Source: Natator depressus (lineage: Eukaryota). From it: a DNA stretch of 64,000 bases. Below are positions 12,405 through 24,192 of the stretch, in pieces (position 1 is the first letter of the stretch; each line of letters starts with the position of its first letter). The DNA is taken from NCBI RefSeq assembly GCF_965152275.1, contig NC_134234.1, positions 39,522,920 through 39,586,919 on the forward strand. Direction: 5' to 3'. A model generated the notes under the pieces. That model saw nothing but the letters and a program-made list of their open reading frames with translations. It was not told where the DNA came from and did no database searches. A program made the position numbers and the translations under genes.

Positions 12405-13615
12405 TCATTTGGGGAGAAGGAGGTGAAATAAGGGTGCACACAGAGCTCCTGTCATAGGTGATAGAGAATGGGGGACCCGGGAAGTGGGGGCCATACAGCC
12501 CTTGCCATGGCAGGGGGAGAGAAGCTGGGCCTGGGGCATGCAAAACCCATGGTAGCAGGGAGATTGTGAGGAGTTGCAATGAATCCCTGAAAAAGAAGGG
12601 GAATGTGCAAGTGCAACACAGAGACCTTGTAGGGGAAGATGGAAGGAACCTCTGGTTTGTGCAATAAACTCAGCCTATACAAGAAATAAAGTGTGTGACC
12701 TGCTAGTATAGTTCTTTTCTCCTAGAATAGTCATAAACAGTCACATTTTTCTACATTTCTATATAAAATTGGCTCTCCTATTAGAGTAGTTTGAAAACAT
12801 TCCTTAACACTTAAGTTTTGATGGGTATATGGGAACATATAATCTTCTTTTAAAGCCTACTGTAGGTTTTCATGCTTTCCTGCTGGTTTTGATATCCTTA
12901 CAGTGTAAGACGAGAGATTCATTTTGTATATTGGAATGCTTACTTTTCAGTCCATATTGTGAAACAAGATTAACTAGATTTCTGAATATTTACACAGCAG
13001 TTATCTTCTGAAAGCTAGAATTACAGCTAGGAACTGTTTTTTTCTCATTAATAGTAACAGTTATGTGTCTATACCAGTGAAATAATTGTAGGCACAGAAT
13101 GCAGAATCTGATATCAGTCTTACCACCATTTTCTTCTCTCTCTTGTAGACTAAGCTTTTGCAGGGAGGGCAGCAGAAACGGAGACCATTTTGGATAGTCT
13201 TTTTAGTTTAAAGCACTGCTCTGTTTTGCTCTACTTTTTTTGTTTTTTTTTTAAAACCTCAGCCTTGCTATTATTGTTTGTTTTTAGACAGTTTTCTGCA
13301 TCAGCCAGGGAATGAATTTACCCTACCCAGATTCATCTCAAAGTTCAATTAAGCCCAAAGTTAAATGGTAAGGAGCCAGTCTAATCAACACTCAGCAGGC
13401 AGTTAAACGCAAATCTTTCTACCATCCCCACACCCAAACCCTATCCTCTTCCAGTGAGAACTCTTTGCTCACTCATTCTTTGAAGCAGTACTTTCGCTCC
13501 CTGCCTTGTTTGGATATTCTTTGCCCACTAATCCCTGGGAATTTTTCTTTGTTCCTGTTTAGTTTATAGTAAATGTAATGGATGATGGGACATGGGTTTT
13601 TAAGAGGCTCTTATA

Positions 13616-13881
13616 GGGTATGTCTGCATTGCAATAACACGCTGCAGTTGGCCCATTTCGGCTGACTTGGACTCATAGGGCTCAGGTGGCAACGCTATAA
13701 AATTGCAATGTAGATGCTCAGGCTGGAGCCTCAGGTCTGGGACCCTCTCCCCCTTGCTGGGCTCCAGTCTAAGCCCAGATGTCTACGCTGCAGTTTTATA
13801 GCCCTGGGGCCTGAGCCCCCCAAGCCAGAGTCAGCTGACTCAGGCCAGCCTTGGCTGTTTTATTGTAGCGTGGACATACCC
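13616..13881. mobile_element. MITE (about 265 bp) with about 22-bp imperfect TIRs GGGTATGTCYRCRYTGCAATAA
   Basis: The left end gggtatgtctgcattgcaataacacgc matches the right end ...ttttattgtagcgtggacataccc (reverse complement gggtatgtccacgctacaataaaa). Confidence 0.55.
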
Positions 13882-14698
13882 ATGTGCTTTAAAATAACCT
13901 ACAACAGGTTTCTTTGGAATCTTGTGCGTTTCTTCTGAAGAATCAGTAGATCACCTTCGCAATATCAAGTTAATTAGACCATGTCTACATTATGGGTGCT
14001 ACAGCGGCACAGCTGCAGCTATGCCACTGTAGCACTGTAATGTAGACACTTTTTACATTGACAGGGTATTTACTGAAGGAGAGGAAATCCACCTCCCCAA
14101 GACATGGTAGCTAAACTGATGGAAGAATTCTTCTGTCAACCTAGTCGTCTCTACACTGGGGGTTATGTCAGACTACACTTTAAGTGTAGACCAGCACTGA
14201 CTCTTGCAGCAAGGAAGAGTCCAGAATCAAGTTTGTGCTCTATTTTGCTGCTCAACATAGCTACCCAGATACATCCTGCCTGTTTTTATTTTATTTTTTT
14301 TCCCTCCATGTGCCTATTAATGCCACTTCCAGAGGTAGTAACTTGAGTAAGGGCTTGTCGACACAAATAATTCGTTCGCAGTAAGCAGGGGTGTGAATTT
14401 CCCCTGCACTATTCTGCCGTGGATTATCTGTCCACGTGGACCCTGCTGGCATGCATTAAGTTTGTTAATGCACTTTGATCTAGTCCTGTTTCAGAGAGGA
14501 CTTAGTAATGATGAGCTAGAATGGGAACAACCACTACAAGCTACAGTTGTTTAAAAATTTGAAATCTTGCACTACCCTGGGTTTGGGCTCTATGGATTTA
14601 AGCATGTATAACACTGTTGTGCACTGAAGTACATAAATAATAAAGTTTAATTGGGAAAGGAGGAAAGAAATGTTTTTCTGTTTTTCTTCATTTTATAG

Positions 14699-15550
14699 AA
14701 ACTGTCTTTAAATGATGAATTATTTGAGGCAGAATCTGACAGTGACTTGCAAAGTGAAGCAAAAGAAGACACATCACCGAAGAAGAAGAAGAAAAAATCA
14801 AAAGATGGTGAGGATAGAAGCCCAGATGATTTGAAAAAGAAAAAATCAAAGTCTGCAAAATTCAAAGAGAAACCCAGGCTGGAACGTGAAAACTCCTCAG
14901 ATAGTTTGATTTTAGATTCGAAACCAAAAAAAAGAACTTCAGAAACCAAGGAAGATTCAAAAGATCCTAAGAAGCAGAAGAAAGAAGATTCTAAAGAACT
15001 CAAGAAAAAGAAGGGAGAAATTAAAGATTTAAAGACAAAATGTAAAGAGGATTCTAAAGAAAGTAAAAAATTGCGAAAGGAGAAACATGGTGACCTTCAG
15101 TTTGACTCTGAGTCAAGCACCCTAGATGATTCGTTTTCTCAAGTAGCTGACAATGAAAATTCAGACTTGTGTTCTGAGGGTAGAGAGGAGAAACACAAGA
15201 TAAAAAGTGGAAAAGAGAAATCTGAACAGGAAATGGTTATGAAGGATTCCATTGCTGACAGGCAGCCAGATGGGTCAGCAAGTACTGAAGAGGACAGCAT
15301 TGAGCTGAAGGTTAAAAGGAAAAAGAAGAAACTTAAAAAGACTGAAGATTACAAAGAGGAAAGTAAAAAAGTGGAAACAAAGGACAACTATTTGGAGAAG
15401 AAAAATATGCACAAAAAACAAAAAGCTCAAGAAAAGGCAAAATCTTCTGCAGAGTTAGACAAAGTTTCACCTACACCTGCTCCAGTGCAAAAAAGTTTGA
15501 AATTGTGCACTGATGAAAAAGGGCGCAAGTCGACTGATTCAGTTGGGGAG
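14699..15550 (+). CDS. MPHOSPH8: MPHOSPH8 exon 3 (large K/E/S-rich disordered region)
   Basis: Acceptor ttttatag at 14691-14698. Encodes KLSLNDELFEAESDSDLQSEAKEDTSPKKKKKKSKDGEDRSPDDLKKKK...KGRKSTDSVGE (284 codons, phase 0 to phase 0). Colinear with human MPP8 KLSLNNDIFEANSDSDQQSETKEDTSPKKKKKK...STDSAEE. GTAAGC donor at 15551. Confidence 0.85.
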
Positions 15551-15939
15551 GTAAGCAGTGTTTTGAAATTTGAAAAACAAAGTTTAAATCAGACAAATAT
15601 TATGCCAGGGACATACCTCAGACACCTCAAAAGCCTACTATTTCTGATCGCAAAGACAAAAATATAATTGGGAGAGTTAATGAGGATAAAATGAAAGAAG
15701 CCCACTGCACACTCTATAGGGGAGACTCTGTTTGAAAAATTTTCTCTGTATACTGAACATAATAAAGAAGGGAGCATGTTAGGAGAGAAGCCTGTCTCTA
15801 AATGTTATCTGAATGTGGCGGATGTGTCAAAGGGAAGAGGCACTTTATCAAAGGTAATCCTAAAACTGTTCAGAAAGTAAGTATTGTACATTAAGTTAGC
15901 TTGTCTTTAGTTTAGTGTTCAGTAGAGTTTAAGTCAGTA

Positions 15940-16290
15940 CCTATGGAGAGATTTAATGAGTTGCCAGGGCATGCTCGACCCTCCCCCCGCTCTGCCCCAG
16001 GCCCTGCTCTCACTCTGCCCCTCCCTACAAGCTCCCACCCTGCATGTTCCTGCCCCTGTCCCGCCCACACTCCACCCCTTCCCCTGCCTCTTCCCGCCCC
16101 CTCACCCACCTCTTCCTGCCCCTGCAGCTGATCTGCGGTGGGAGGGAGTGGGAGGAGCTGATTGGCGGGGCCGCAGGTGAGTAGGAAGTGCTGGGGGGAG
16201 GAGGCGCGACCTGCAGGGCTGCCAGTGGGTGCTGAGCACCCACTGTTTATTTTCCATGGGTGTTCCAGCCCCAGAGCATCCATGGAATCA
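15940..16290 (-). repeat. GC-rich interspersed repeat (family shared with 36330-36520), containing the palindrome GTGGGTGCTGAGCACCCAC
   Basis: The reverse complement of 16120-16290 aligns to 36375-36480 (gggactggaacacccacggggg...gtgggtgctcccccagcagcggccccactgatcagctcctcccc). The palindrome cagtgggtgctgagcacccactg lies at 16223-16245. Explains ORFs 15912..16283 and others. Confidence 0.5.
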
Positions 16291-17514
16291 CGCCTGTGAA
16301 TCTCTCCAGCTTCCTGTTTTCAGTTGCTTGAGAACTGGTTAGGTTTCATTCTAAACAACCTTTGTACTATCTGTTTTAGCCACTTGTCCGTTACATTGCA
16401 CCTCTGACCACCTTCGGTTTGGCATTCTTCCCCTTATTTTATAGTAAGGCATTCAGCCGTCTAGTGAGTGTCCAGTTATTATCATGCTATGAAGTGTTCT
16501 TATGTGGCATGGCTAACATGCCATCTCTGTGTTTTTAAGTATACCATTACTGTAATTTGTGTATTTTGGTATCTAACTAGGAATTGGAATCCTGAAATCA
16601 CTTATATTGGAATCACTGAAATCACCCGAGTCTCCCAAATAGCTGTGCAGCAGGCTTGTCTCGCTAGAGTTTCTTTTTGTTGTTTTTAGATATAATGTAG
16701 ACAATACAGAATAAAAACCTGAAATTCAGCATTTAAGACACACCCTTCAGATTAATCTAAAAACATTTCTGAAGCAGTACGTTTCTTTGCTTTGAAGTAC
16801 TATTATGTTCCTCACTGAGCACAAGATTATATTTTAAGGAGGATCTGGGGTAGAAAAGGTATAGAATAAGTGTACAGTATTGGGAAAACTAAAATGGCCT
16901 TCTATGAAAAATGCTATTGAACAATGTAATGTTGTTTAGCTGCCTGAGACCACTGCATCGCTGCTTGCAGTTTGTGCACATAGCAACTGGCATTCTGATT
17001 GTAGCAAAAATTACAGACAAAACTCCTCAAAAGTAACATTCTTTTCAGTGATCAGTGGCAAATATGTCTGTATCATTAGTTCAGCTCCGGTACTCTAAAC
17101 AAGGTAATTGCATACATTCCCTGAGCACCTTTGAGTGGGCAAATCAGGTTCAAAAACAGAATATAAATATCAAATGTAGATACTGCCTTCAGAGGAAGAA
17201 AACAAAAGTGGAACTAGAGAAGCTGAAACCCTGTCCCTACTAGAGTTTAATGATTGTGACAGCTATTCTAAACATGGTTAAGCCAAGCAACTTGGATGGG
17301 GCATAGCCGTATTTAAAACATTGTGGTGGGTTGTTTTTTTTTTTTTAAATAAGCCTTCTGTTCTTCCTAGTCCTGTAGCAGTTGCCTAAACATTGTTAAA
17401 GACTGAGATCTTCTTCATGTTAGCTGGCTTAAGTGTTAAATCCTGTGTAAAACTTTTACAGCAAATAGTTCAAATCTAGAAAGTATTCAGCCAAAAATGA
17501 GAGAGACAAAGTGA

Positions 17515-17665
17515 ATCAGGTAGTATCTTTTATTGGACCAGCTTCTGTTGGTGAAAGAGAGACACTTATTCTCATCAACAGAAATTGGTCCTATTAAAGA
17601 GATTACCTGACCCATCTTGTGTCTCTAATATCCTGGGACTGACACGGCTAAAACCATACTGCATT
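17515..17665 (+). repeat. Copy of the Penelope/hammerhead-associated short repeat (tail portion)
   Basis: ttattggaccagcttctgttggtgaaagagagaca...tctctaatatcctgggactgacacggctaaaaccatactgcat matches the arms of the inverted pair at 46975-47525 (caacagaagttggtccaacaaaagatattacct...ctccaatatcctgggactgacatggctacaactacgctgcata). Confidence 0.5.
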
Positions 17666-18295
17666 CAGACAAAAATTACACCGGCTGACAGGAATAAATT
17701 TAAGCAAACAAGCTCTGTCTAAACAAGGAATTTGAAAGTTTTTCAGAACAAGTCCTCTCTGAACAAGTGTTGAAAACAAAACTCGTAGACAAGAAGGCAT
17801 AATTGAGTCTGTCAGGATTTTTGTCTGACCTGAATTAGTACATAAATGTTCTCAGCAGCAGCTCAAGAAGATTTGTCAGCAAAGGGTCAGTTTCTTTTTG
17901 TAGTCAGGACTTTATCTACTTAAAAAAAAAAAAAAAAGAGAGAGAGACTTGGTAGAACTGACTGGAAAATGCAAGAGAACTCCCAAATGGAGTTGCTGTC
18001 TTATCCAGGTACTTATTTAGGAAATTCAAGTTCTTGGATATTTAACTTGAGATCACTTAGCACGAAGTATAAACATGTACAAACAGTAAGTTTGCAAAGT
18101 GTGTTATACTTACTGATCCAAGTAATCTGAAGATTTAGAAGTTCTAGAACAATAATGAGAAATGATCATGTGTTTGAAAAATTATTCAGTTCCTAAAAAT
18201 CTTTTAAAAGCCACTGTATTTGTATTACTGGAAAACCTTAAATCCCACCATTTGTACCTTCTGCAGACTCTAAAGGCCTGTTTGTCACTTACTTT

Positions 18296-18990
18296 AGGGG
18301 TGGGGAACCTATGGCACGAATCTGGCCCACTGCTTAATTTCATCCGGCCCCCAGCAAGTCTCCATTCAGTGCCGTTAAAAGTCCAGTCAGCTCCATGTAG
18401 CTTCCGGAAGCGGCTGGCATTTCCTTGCGTCCCCTTGGCGGAGGGGCAATCAGGGAAGCTCCGTGTGCTACCCCCACCCCCAGCAGCAGCTCTGCAGTTC
18501 CTTGGCCGGGAACCTTGGCCAATGGGAGCTATGGGGGTGGCTCCTGCAGATGCGGGCACCGCACAGAGCTGCCTGGCCACACCTCCTTCTAGAGGCCAGA
18601 CATGCCGGCCGCTTCTGGGAGCAGCACAGAGCCAGGGCAGGCAGGAAGCCTGCCTTAGTCATGCTGTGCTGCCAACTGGGAGCTGCCTGCAGTGAGCTCT
18701 GCCCGGCCGGAGCCTGCACCCTGAACCTCCTGCCCCAGGTCAGAAACCCCTCCCGCACCCTAACTCCCTCCCAGACCCCACACCCCCAACCCCTTGCCCC
18801 AGCCCTGAGCCAAATTCCTGCACTCCAAACCTGTTGGCCCCAGCCCGGAGCCCTCTTCTGTATCCCAAACCCCTCATCCTGAGCCCCAGCCCAGAGCCAG
18901 CACCCCTGGCTGGAGCCCTCACCCCCTACTGTGCCCCAGCCTAGAGCCTCCTCCTGCACCCTGAACCCCTCATTTCTCTCCCCACCCTAA
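18296..18990. repeat. GC-rich MITE-related repeat (GGGGAACCTATGGCAC-type left end), truncated or degenerate
   Basis: The left end aggggtggggaacctatggcacgaatctggcccac resembles the termini of the MITEs at 34361 and 7940. The C-rich body (cccagagcc..., cctgcacc...) is like 8280-8500. No convincing right TIR. Confidence 0.35.
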
Positions 18991-20097
18991 GGGAAGCCCA
19001 GAGCGTCCATGGCCTTCCCCCCCCCCCCCCCCCGGGGCTGTGTGAGGCCCATGACTGATTTTTTTTTTCTGTGTGTCAGTGGCCCCGATAGGAAAAAAAA
19101 GTTCCCTACCCCTGCCGTACATGGACTACTCCTGCATAGTGAACAAGGATTGGCAAGATTTTCATTGTTACATTTCCACTACATGGTTTCCTTGAGGACA
19201 GGGTTTGCCACCCCTTAAACGGATCACTGTTCAGTGCACCTTTTCTGGATCTTATGAGTCATGCTACCAGGAATACCTCTGTTGTCCTTCCAGGAAGTCC
19301 TCCAGGTTTGAGAACGGTAAAAGAGGATGGGCAATATCCTGCCCCCTCCCACAGGATAGACCATGCCATAATGGATGTGGATTTTTTTTTTTTTGGTTTG
19401 TTTCTGCCTGCCTCCCCCTCCATCAATGGCAACCTCTGTTGCTGCACACACCCCAATCTGATTTGAAGCTCCATGACTGTAGCTGTGAAACCTACTGGCA
19501 AAATGTGTATTCTTCCTCATCTAGAGGCTGATCTGCTTAAAGGAAAACCGCCTACTACTCTTACAAGTTACTTAAATTTGGTGGTAGAGATCTGTGCTGT
19601 GGGTCTAAGGTCCAAACCTTGCTGATGACCTATCAGATTTGGGGGTAGAAGTGGTCACTGTGGTTTCTCATGATTTAATTTCTATGCTTTTTTTAACAAG
19701 CAAACTGAAACTTAAGCTACATTTAAAAACTATATTAAAAGAATATTAAAGTTGCAAATTTAATTCATCCTGTCGTGTATACATTATGATATAATCTTTA
19801 ATGGTCACATGTTATGTTTCATAAGACTCTTGTGTCATTCAGTATGTAGTATGAATGGTGCTCAGGGAATGTATCAAAGTTGTGTAATATGGAGGCTATA
19901 TGACCTTTTCCTTGTTTGTTCTACAATTTGAAATTTGTAGGGACTGAGGCAAGGGAATGCAGGAAGGAAGGGAGGTCTCTTGGTTGAGGCCACTGAATGC
20001 TACCTTGGAGAATTGGATTATATCCCTGCCTCTGCCACAAAGTTCCTATGTGATGTTGGATGAGTTACTTAAACCATACTTACTTTACAGGTGGCTA

Positions 20098-20283
20098 CTA
20101 ATTAATCCTGGGGGAATTCTGTGCCAAAAAATTAAAAATTCTGCACACAATATTTTAAAATTCTGAATTTTTTTATTGTCAAAATAACACAATATAATCA
20201 CTCCAATTTCAATTATTTTGGTAATTTATTTCTAAGTACTTGTCAACAATACAGACAACAGAAAAAAAATTCCCCCAGGAGTA
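20098..20283. mobile_element. Small AT-rich MITE with TIRs CTGGGGGAATT...AATTCCCCCAGG. A partial copy in the opposite orientation lies at 3040-3180.
   Basis: Left end ctgggggaattctgtgccaaaaaatt, right end aaaattcccccaggag. 3060-3170 (cagaattttacagaatttttaaaattgtgtgcagaatttttaatgttttggcacagaattcccccagg) is the same family, inverted. Confidence 0.5.
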
Positions 20284-22195
20284 GAAAGTTAAAGAAACTC
20301 CTATGACAACCAAGTTCCAGGTGGGGGTGAAGGTGGCTGCATGGGGCCCCCAGAGTCCAGACCTCCGCACCCCCTTTACCCCCAGAGCCCAGATACCTGC
20401 AACCCTCTCCCCTCCAGAGCCCAGCCATGGGGGCCTCCCCCAGAGCCTTTACTCCCTCCAGCTTCTTTACTGTCCCGCTGGGGGATGTGGTGCAGTACAG
20501 CCCTGCCCTACCCTTCTTCACCCTTTGACAGAGCTGGCTGTCCGGAGCCCTCTCATGCCCAGGAGAATGAGGATTGGGGGTCAAACCTGGCAGCCAGAGC
20601 ATGCAGCCTCCATCCCTGCCAGGATGGGTGCTCTGCTCACTGCGAGCTGGCCTCTGCAGACCCCTAGTGGTGGCCAGCAGTGCTGCAACCCCAATTCTGT
20701 GGGAGAATTCTGCGCAAATTTTGCATTACACAGTAATGCAGTATTCCCACAGGAATAACTAATCTTCCTTATTTTCTATATGCCCAAGTTACCAAACAGG
20801 CACCAGGTTTATCAGAGTTGCTGAGCCTTTGCAACTGGAGATTGTCAGTAGGAACTTACAATTTTGGTCTTAATTTCTGACTGTAAAATTGGGTATAATT
20901 CCATCTTGCCTCACAGAGGTGTTGTAAAGATAAATATGCATCTGTGTTTTTATGTAATCAAAGAATCTTTGGATTGGATCTTTCGTTAACCTTTTCTGAC
21001 TTATTGTAGTGATGATTCCTTAACATGTTAAATAATCCTAATCACTGTTTCCTCAGTGCCCATAAATGAATTTGTAGTAATTACTTTTGAAGACATTAAC
21101 ACTACATCATGTAGGTGGATTGATTTAAATCACCAGTTCTTCTTCGAGTGCTTGCTCGTATTGATTTCAATTAGGTGTGTGCGCGCCGCATGCACAATCG
21201 TCGTAAGATTTTTACCCCAGCAACACTCAGTGGGTCGGATGAGGCACCCCCTGGAGTGGCGCCTTCATGGTGCCGGATATATGCTCCAGCTGACCCAGTG
21301 CCCCCTCAGTTCCTTCTTACCACCCGTGACAGTCGTTAGAACTGTGGAGCGCAGCGTAGCTGATCTCCATTCTCCCTAGCTTTCTCTCTTAGTACCTGTT
21401 AATAGTTGTAACTAGTTGTTAGTAGTTAGTGTACTTAGTTGGGTGGAGCGGGGTCTTCTCCCCTCTACCTGTCCTGATACAGGGGCCCATGCCTAGGTCT
21501 CCGGGCTTCAAACCCTGCTTGGCTTGCCTGAAGCCGATGCCAACGGGAGACTCCCCACGACCCTTGCCTAAGGTGTCTGGGGGAATCCCACCAAGCGGAC
21601 AAGTGCCACAATTGCAAAGCCTTCAAGCCGAGGACCAAAAAGGAGCGGGACTTTAGACTCCTTATGGAGGTGGCACTTAGCCTGATCCCTTCCTCCGCGC
21701 ACTGGGACTTGGCATAGTCTTCGGTGTGGAGTGCCCCTGCGGCACCGACTGGTGTGGCACCACGTTCGGACTTTGCTAAAGACTTGTGGCGTCATGCCCC
21801 TCCGGCACATCCACCACCGCGGTGCCAGTCCCTGTCTCCGGGCCAGAAGAAGAAGCAGCTCAAGCAGGTGCCGACTGCTTCTTCTTTGTCGGTTCAACAG
21901 CCACCAACACTTCCCGCACCGCAGCCGGGGCCGCATCCATTGCTGGAGCACACAGGACAAGTAACGGCTCCTACACCGTTGACTCCGACACCGTAAGGGC
22001 TGTCTAGTCCGGTGCCTGTTAACTCCCCAGTGCACACTGCAGTCGAGCTAAGGCTCCCCTCCGCGCCAGAGACCTTCTCTATAGCGCGGGACTTGATCGC
22101 GCTCACAGAGCCGACTCCCTTGCAGCCAGTGGCACCTCTGGTGCGGGCGGTGCCATCGAAGGGAAAACCATCCCTGATACAATCACCGTTGCCGA

Positions 22196-23218
22196 GTGAA
22201 GCAGGGCAGCACCAGTCCTGGTCCCAGTCTTGGTCCCGGCACCTTTCATGGTGTCGCTCGCAGTCCCGGCACCAATCCCGTTCTCGGCGCCAGTCATACT
22301 CGCGATGCTGCTCCGGCTCGCAAAGATCAGAATCGCGATACAGCCGGTACCGATGGGACTCTTGGCACCACTCCCGGTACCGGTCAGAGCGGTGCTCGAC
22401 CCAGAGCCAATCCCAGCGCCGGTCTCGTCAAAGGTCGCCATCGAGATCCAGATCAGGCTCCCGGTATCGATACAACCGCAGGCACCGATCGACATCTCGG
22501 TACTGTTCTACATCTCGCCACCAGTCGCTGGCACCATGGCACCGTACAGCACCGGCGGATTCTGCGCCAACACGTTCAGCACCGCCTTGGCCACCTCGCT
22601 CCACCTCCACGTCGTCACGCTCACAAGGTGGCTCTCTCACCCATGACTGGGGCAAGGATGGTGCAGGCCAGTGGCTGGACGAAGGCCAGGACTCAGGCCA
22701 AGGACCTCCACAGTGGTCTTTTTAGACCCCCTGGGCATACCATCAGGCCCAAGGGATTCCTTTGGGGGCTTCCCGTTCCACCCCTTCGGAGCCCCGAATC
22801 CCAGAGGTCACTGTGTCTCGCCCCCCCAGGAGGTTCTGAGGGGACTGCTCCAGTGTCAACACAGGCCCACGCCCCTAGTGTGGTGGACCTTGGGCAACAA
22901 GTTCCTCCAAATGAGGACCCCACGCAGGATCTCTTAGTCCCGGGGGTATCTTCCTCATCCTCGCCTGATGAGGTAGTGGCAGGGACTACGGTTTTGGGCC
23001 CTCCTCCTATGGACCTCCGCACCCACCAGGAGCTGTTCTGCAGGGTGGCGCACAATATGAACCTCCAGGTAGAGGAGGTGGTGGAGGAAGAGGACCTGGT
23101 GGTTGACATTCTGTCCCTGGAGGCACCGTCCAGGGTGGCCCTCCCAGTCATACGGACTATACAGACCAATGCCAAGACAATCTGCCAGCCTCTATTCCAC
23201 CTACGGCCAAGGGGGTGA
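22196..23218 (+). CDS. DIRS ORF1 (gag-like protein, N-terminal part), degenerate
   Basis: 340-aa ORF inside the DIRS element. Its KRKYFVP..YEYLYMHP segment recurs in the second DIRS copy (37832..38323). It overlaps an arginine/serine-rich alternative frame (22012..22725). Confidence 0.5.
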   Translation: MKQGSTSPGPSLGPGTFHGVARSPGTNPVLGASHTRDAAPARKDQNRDTAGTDGTLGTTPGTGQSGARPRANPSAGLVKGRHRDPDQAPGIDTTAGTDRHLGTVLHLATSRWHHGTVQHRRILRQHVQHRLGHLAPPPRRHAHKVALSPMTGARMVQASGWTKARTQAKDLHSGLFRPPGHTIRPKGFLWGLPVPPLRSPESQRSLCLAPPGGSEGTAPVSTQAHAPSVVDLGQQVPPNEDPTQDLLVPGVSSSSSPDEVVAGTTVLGPPPMDLRTHQELFCRVAHNMNLQVEEVVEEEDLVVDILSLEAPSRVALPVIRTIQTNAKTICQPLFHLRPRG

Positions 23219-23330
23219 AAAGGAAGTACTTTGTCCCCTCAAAGGACTACGAGTACCTCTACATGCACCCCCAACCGTGTTCCCTTGTCATGGCTTCGGT
23301 TAACAAGAAGAAACGGCATGGTCAGCCCAG

Positions 23331-23954
23331 GTGCACAAATCAAAGGACGCTAGACGCCTAGACTTGTTTAGGCGCAAGGTGTATTTGGCTGGAGGCTTGC
23401 AGCTCAGGGTGGCCATCCAGCAGGCACTCCTGAGCAGATACAATTATAATTCGTGGCACTCTATGGAGAAATTCAAAAAAGAGTTGGTTCCACAGGAGTC
23501 CAGAGAGGAATTTGGGGCCCTAGAGGAGGAGGGCAAGAAGGTGGCCAGAACCTCCCTGCAAGCCTCTCTGCACGCGGCGGCTAGGACCCTAGCCTCGGGC
23601 ATAGCCATGCGCCACATCTCGTGGCTGCAGGTCTCTGGCTTACCACCAGAGTTGCCGCAGACCCTCCAGGACCTACCCTTTGATGGCCAAGGCCTATTCT
23701 CAGACAAAACAGACTCAAGGCTGCAGAGTCTGAAGGACCTGAGAACTATTATGCGCTCTCTGGGAATGCATATCCCAGTAACGCAGAGAAGGCCCTTCAG
23801 ACCGCAGCCTCGGAGGTCCTACCCTCCCCCTTGGCCAAGACAGGACTTCTTTAGAAGATGCGGCCGAGGTGGTAGAAGACGAGAAACTGGTCACCAAGCC
23901 AGCCAAGGCCATGGCCCTCCCAAGCCATTGCCTAGGCCTAAGCAGAACTTTTGA
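23331..23954 (+). CDS. DIRS gag-like ORF (C-terminal part)
   Basis: DLFRRKVYLAGGLQLRVAIQQALLSRYNYNSWHSMEKFKKELVPQESREEFGALEEEGKKVARTSLQ... is homologous to the second DIRS copy (DLFGKKSTPLGGLQLRIANQQVLLGRYDFNKWYSMLKSKDLLPQEARLEFSLVEEEKSIMRVSLQ). Confidence 0.55.
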   Translation: MHKSKDARRLDLFRRKVYLAGGLQLRVAIQQALLSRYNYNSWHSMEKFKKELVPQESREEFGALEEEGKKVARTSLQASLHAAARTLASGIAMRHISWLQVSGLPPELPQTLQDLPFDGQGLFSDKTDSRLQSLKDLRTIMRSLGMHIPVTQRRPFRPQPRRSYPPPWPRQDFFRRCGRGGRRRETGHQASQGHGPPKPLPRPKQNF

Positions 23955-24192
23955 AGGTGCGCCCAAGGACGGAGCACCAGTCTCCATACAGGATCCTTCC
24001 CTGCCTTTCCAAGATCGTCTCTCCCATTTCCTCCGTGCATGGTCTCATGTAACATTAGACTGTTGGGTCCTTTGCACCGTGGAAAGGGGTTAATCCCTTC
24101 AATTTGCTCCCCCCCATCCTCCTACCCCATCCCTCTTCAGGGACCCTTCTCACGAGCACCTCCTTCTACAGGAGGTCCAATCACTCCTAGCT

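Noticed and set aside
14647-15003. 118-aa minus-strand ORF opposite MPHOSPH8 exon 3
   Set aside because: Mirror-image artefact of the K/E/S-rich low-complexity exon (F/S/L-rich translation).
18162-18959. ORFs of 177, 132, 139 and 163 aa
   Set aside because: Same GC-rich repeat family as 7940-8585. The translations are P/G/A-rich nonsense in multiple overlapping frames.
22103-23175. Minus-strand ORFs (130, 75, 160 aa) opposite the DIRS gag region
   Set aside because: Antisense to a clearly coding, GC-rich and internally repetitive region. No homology.
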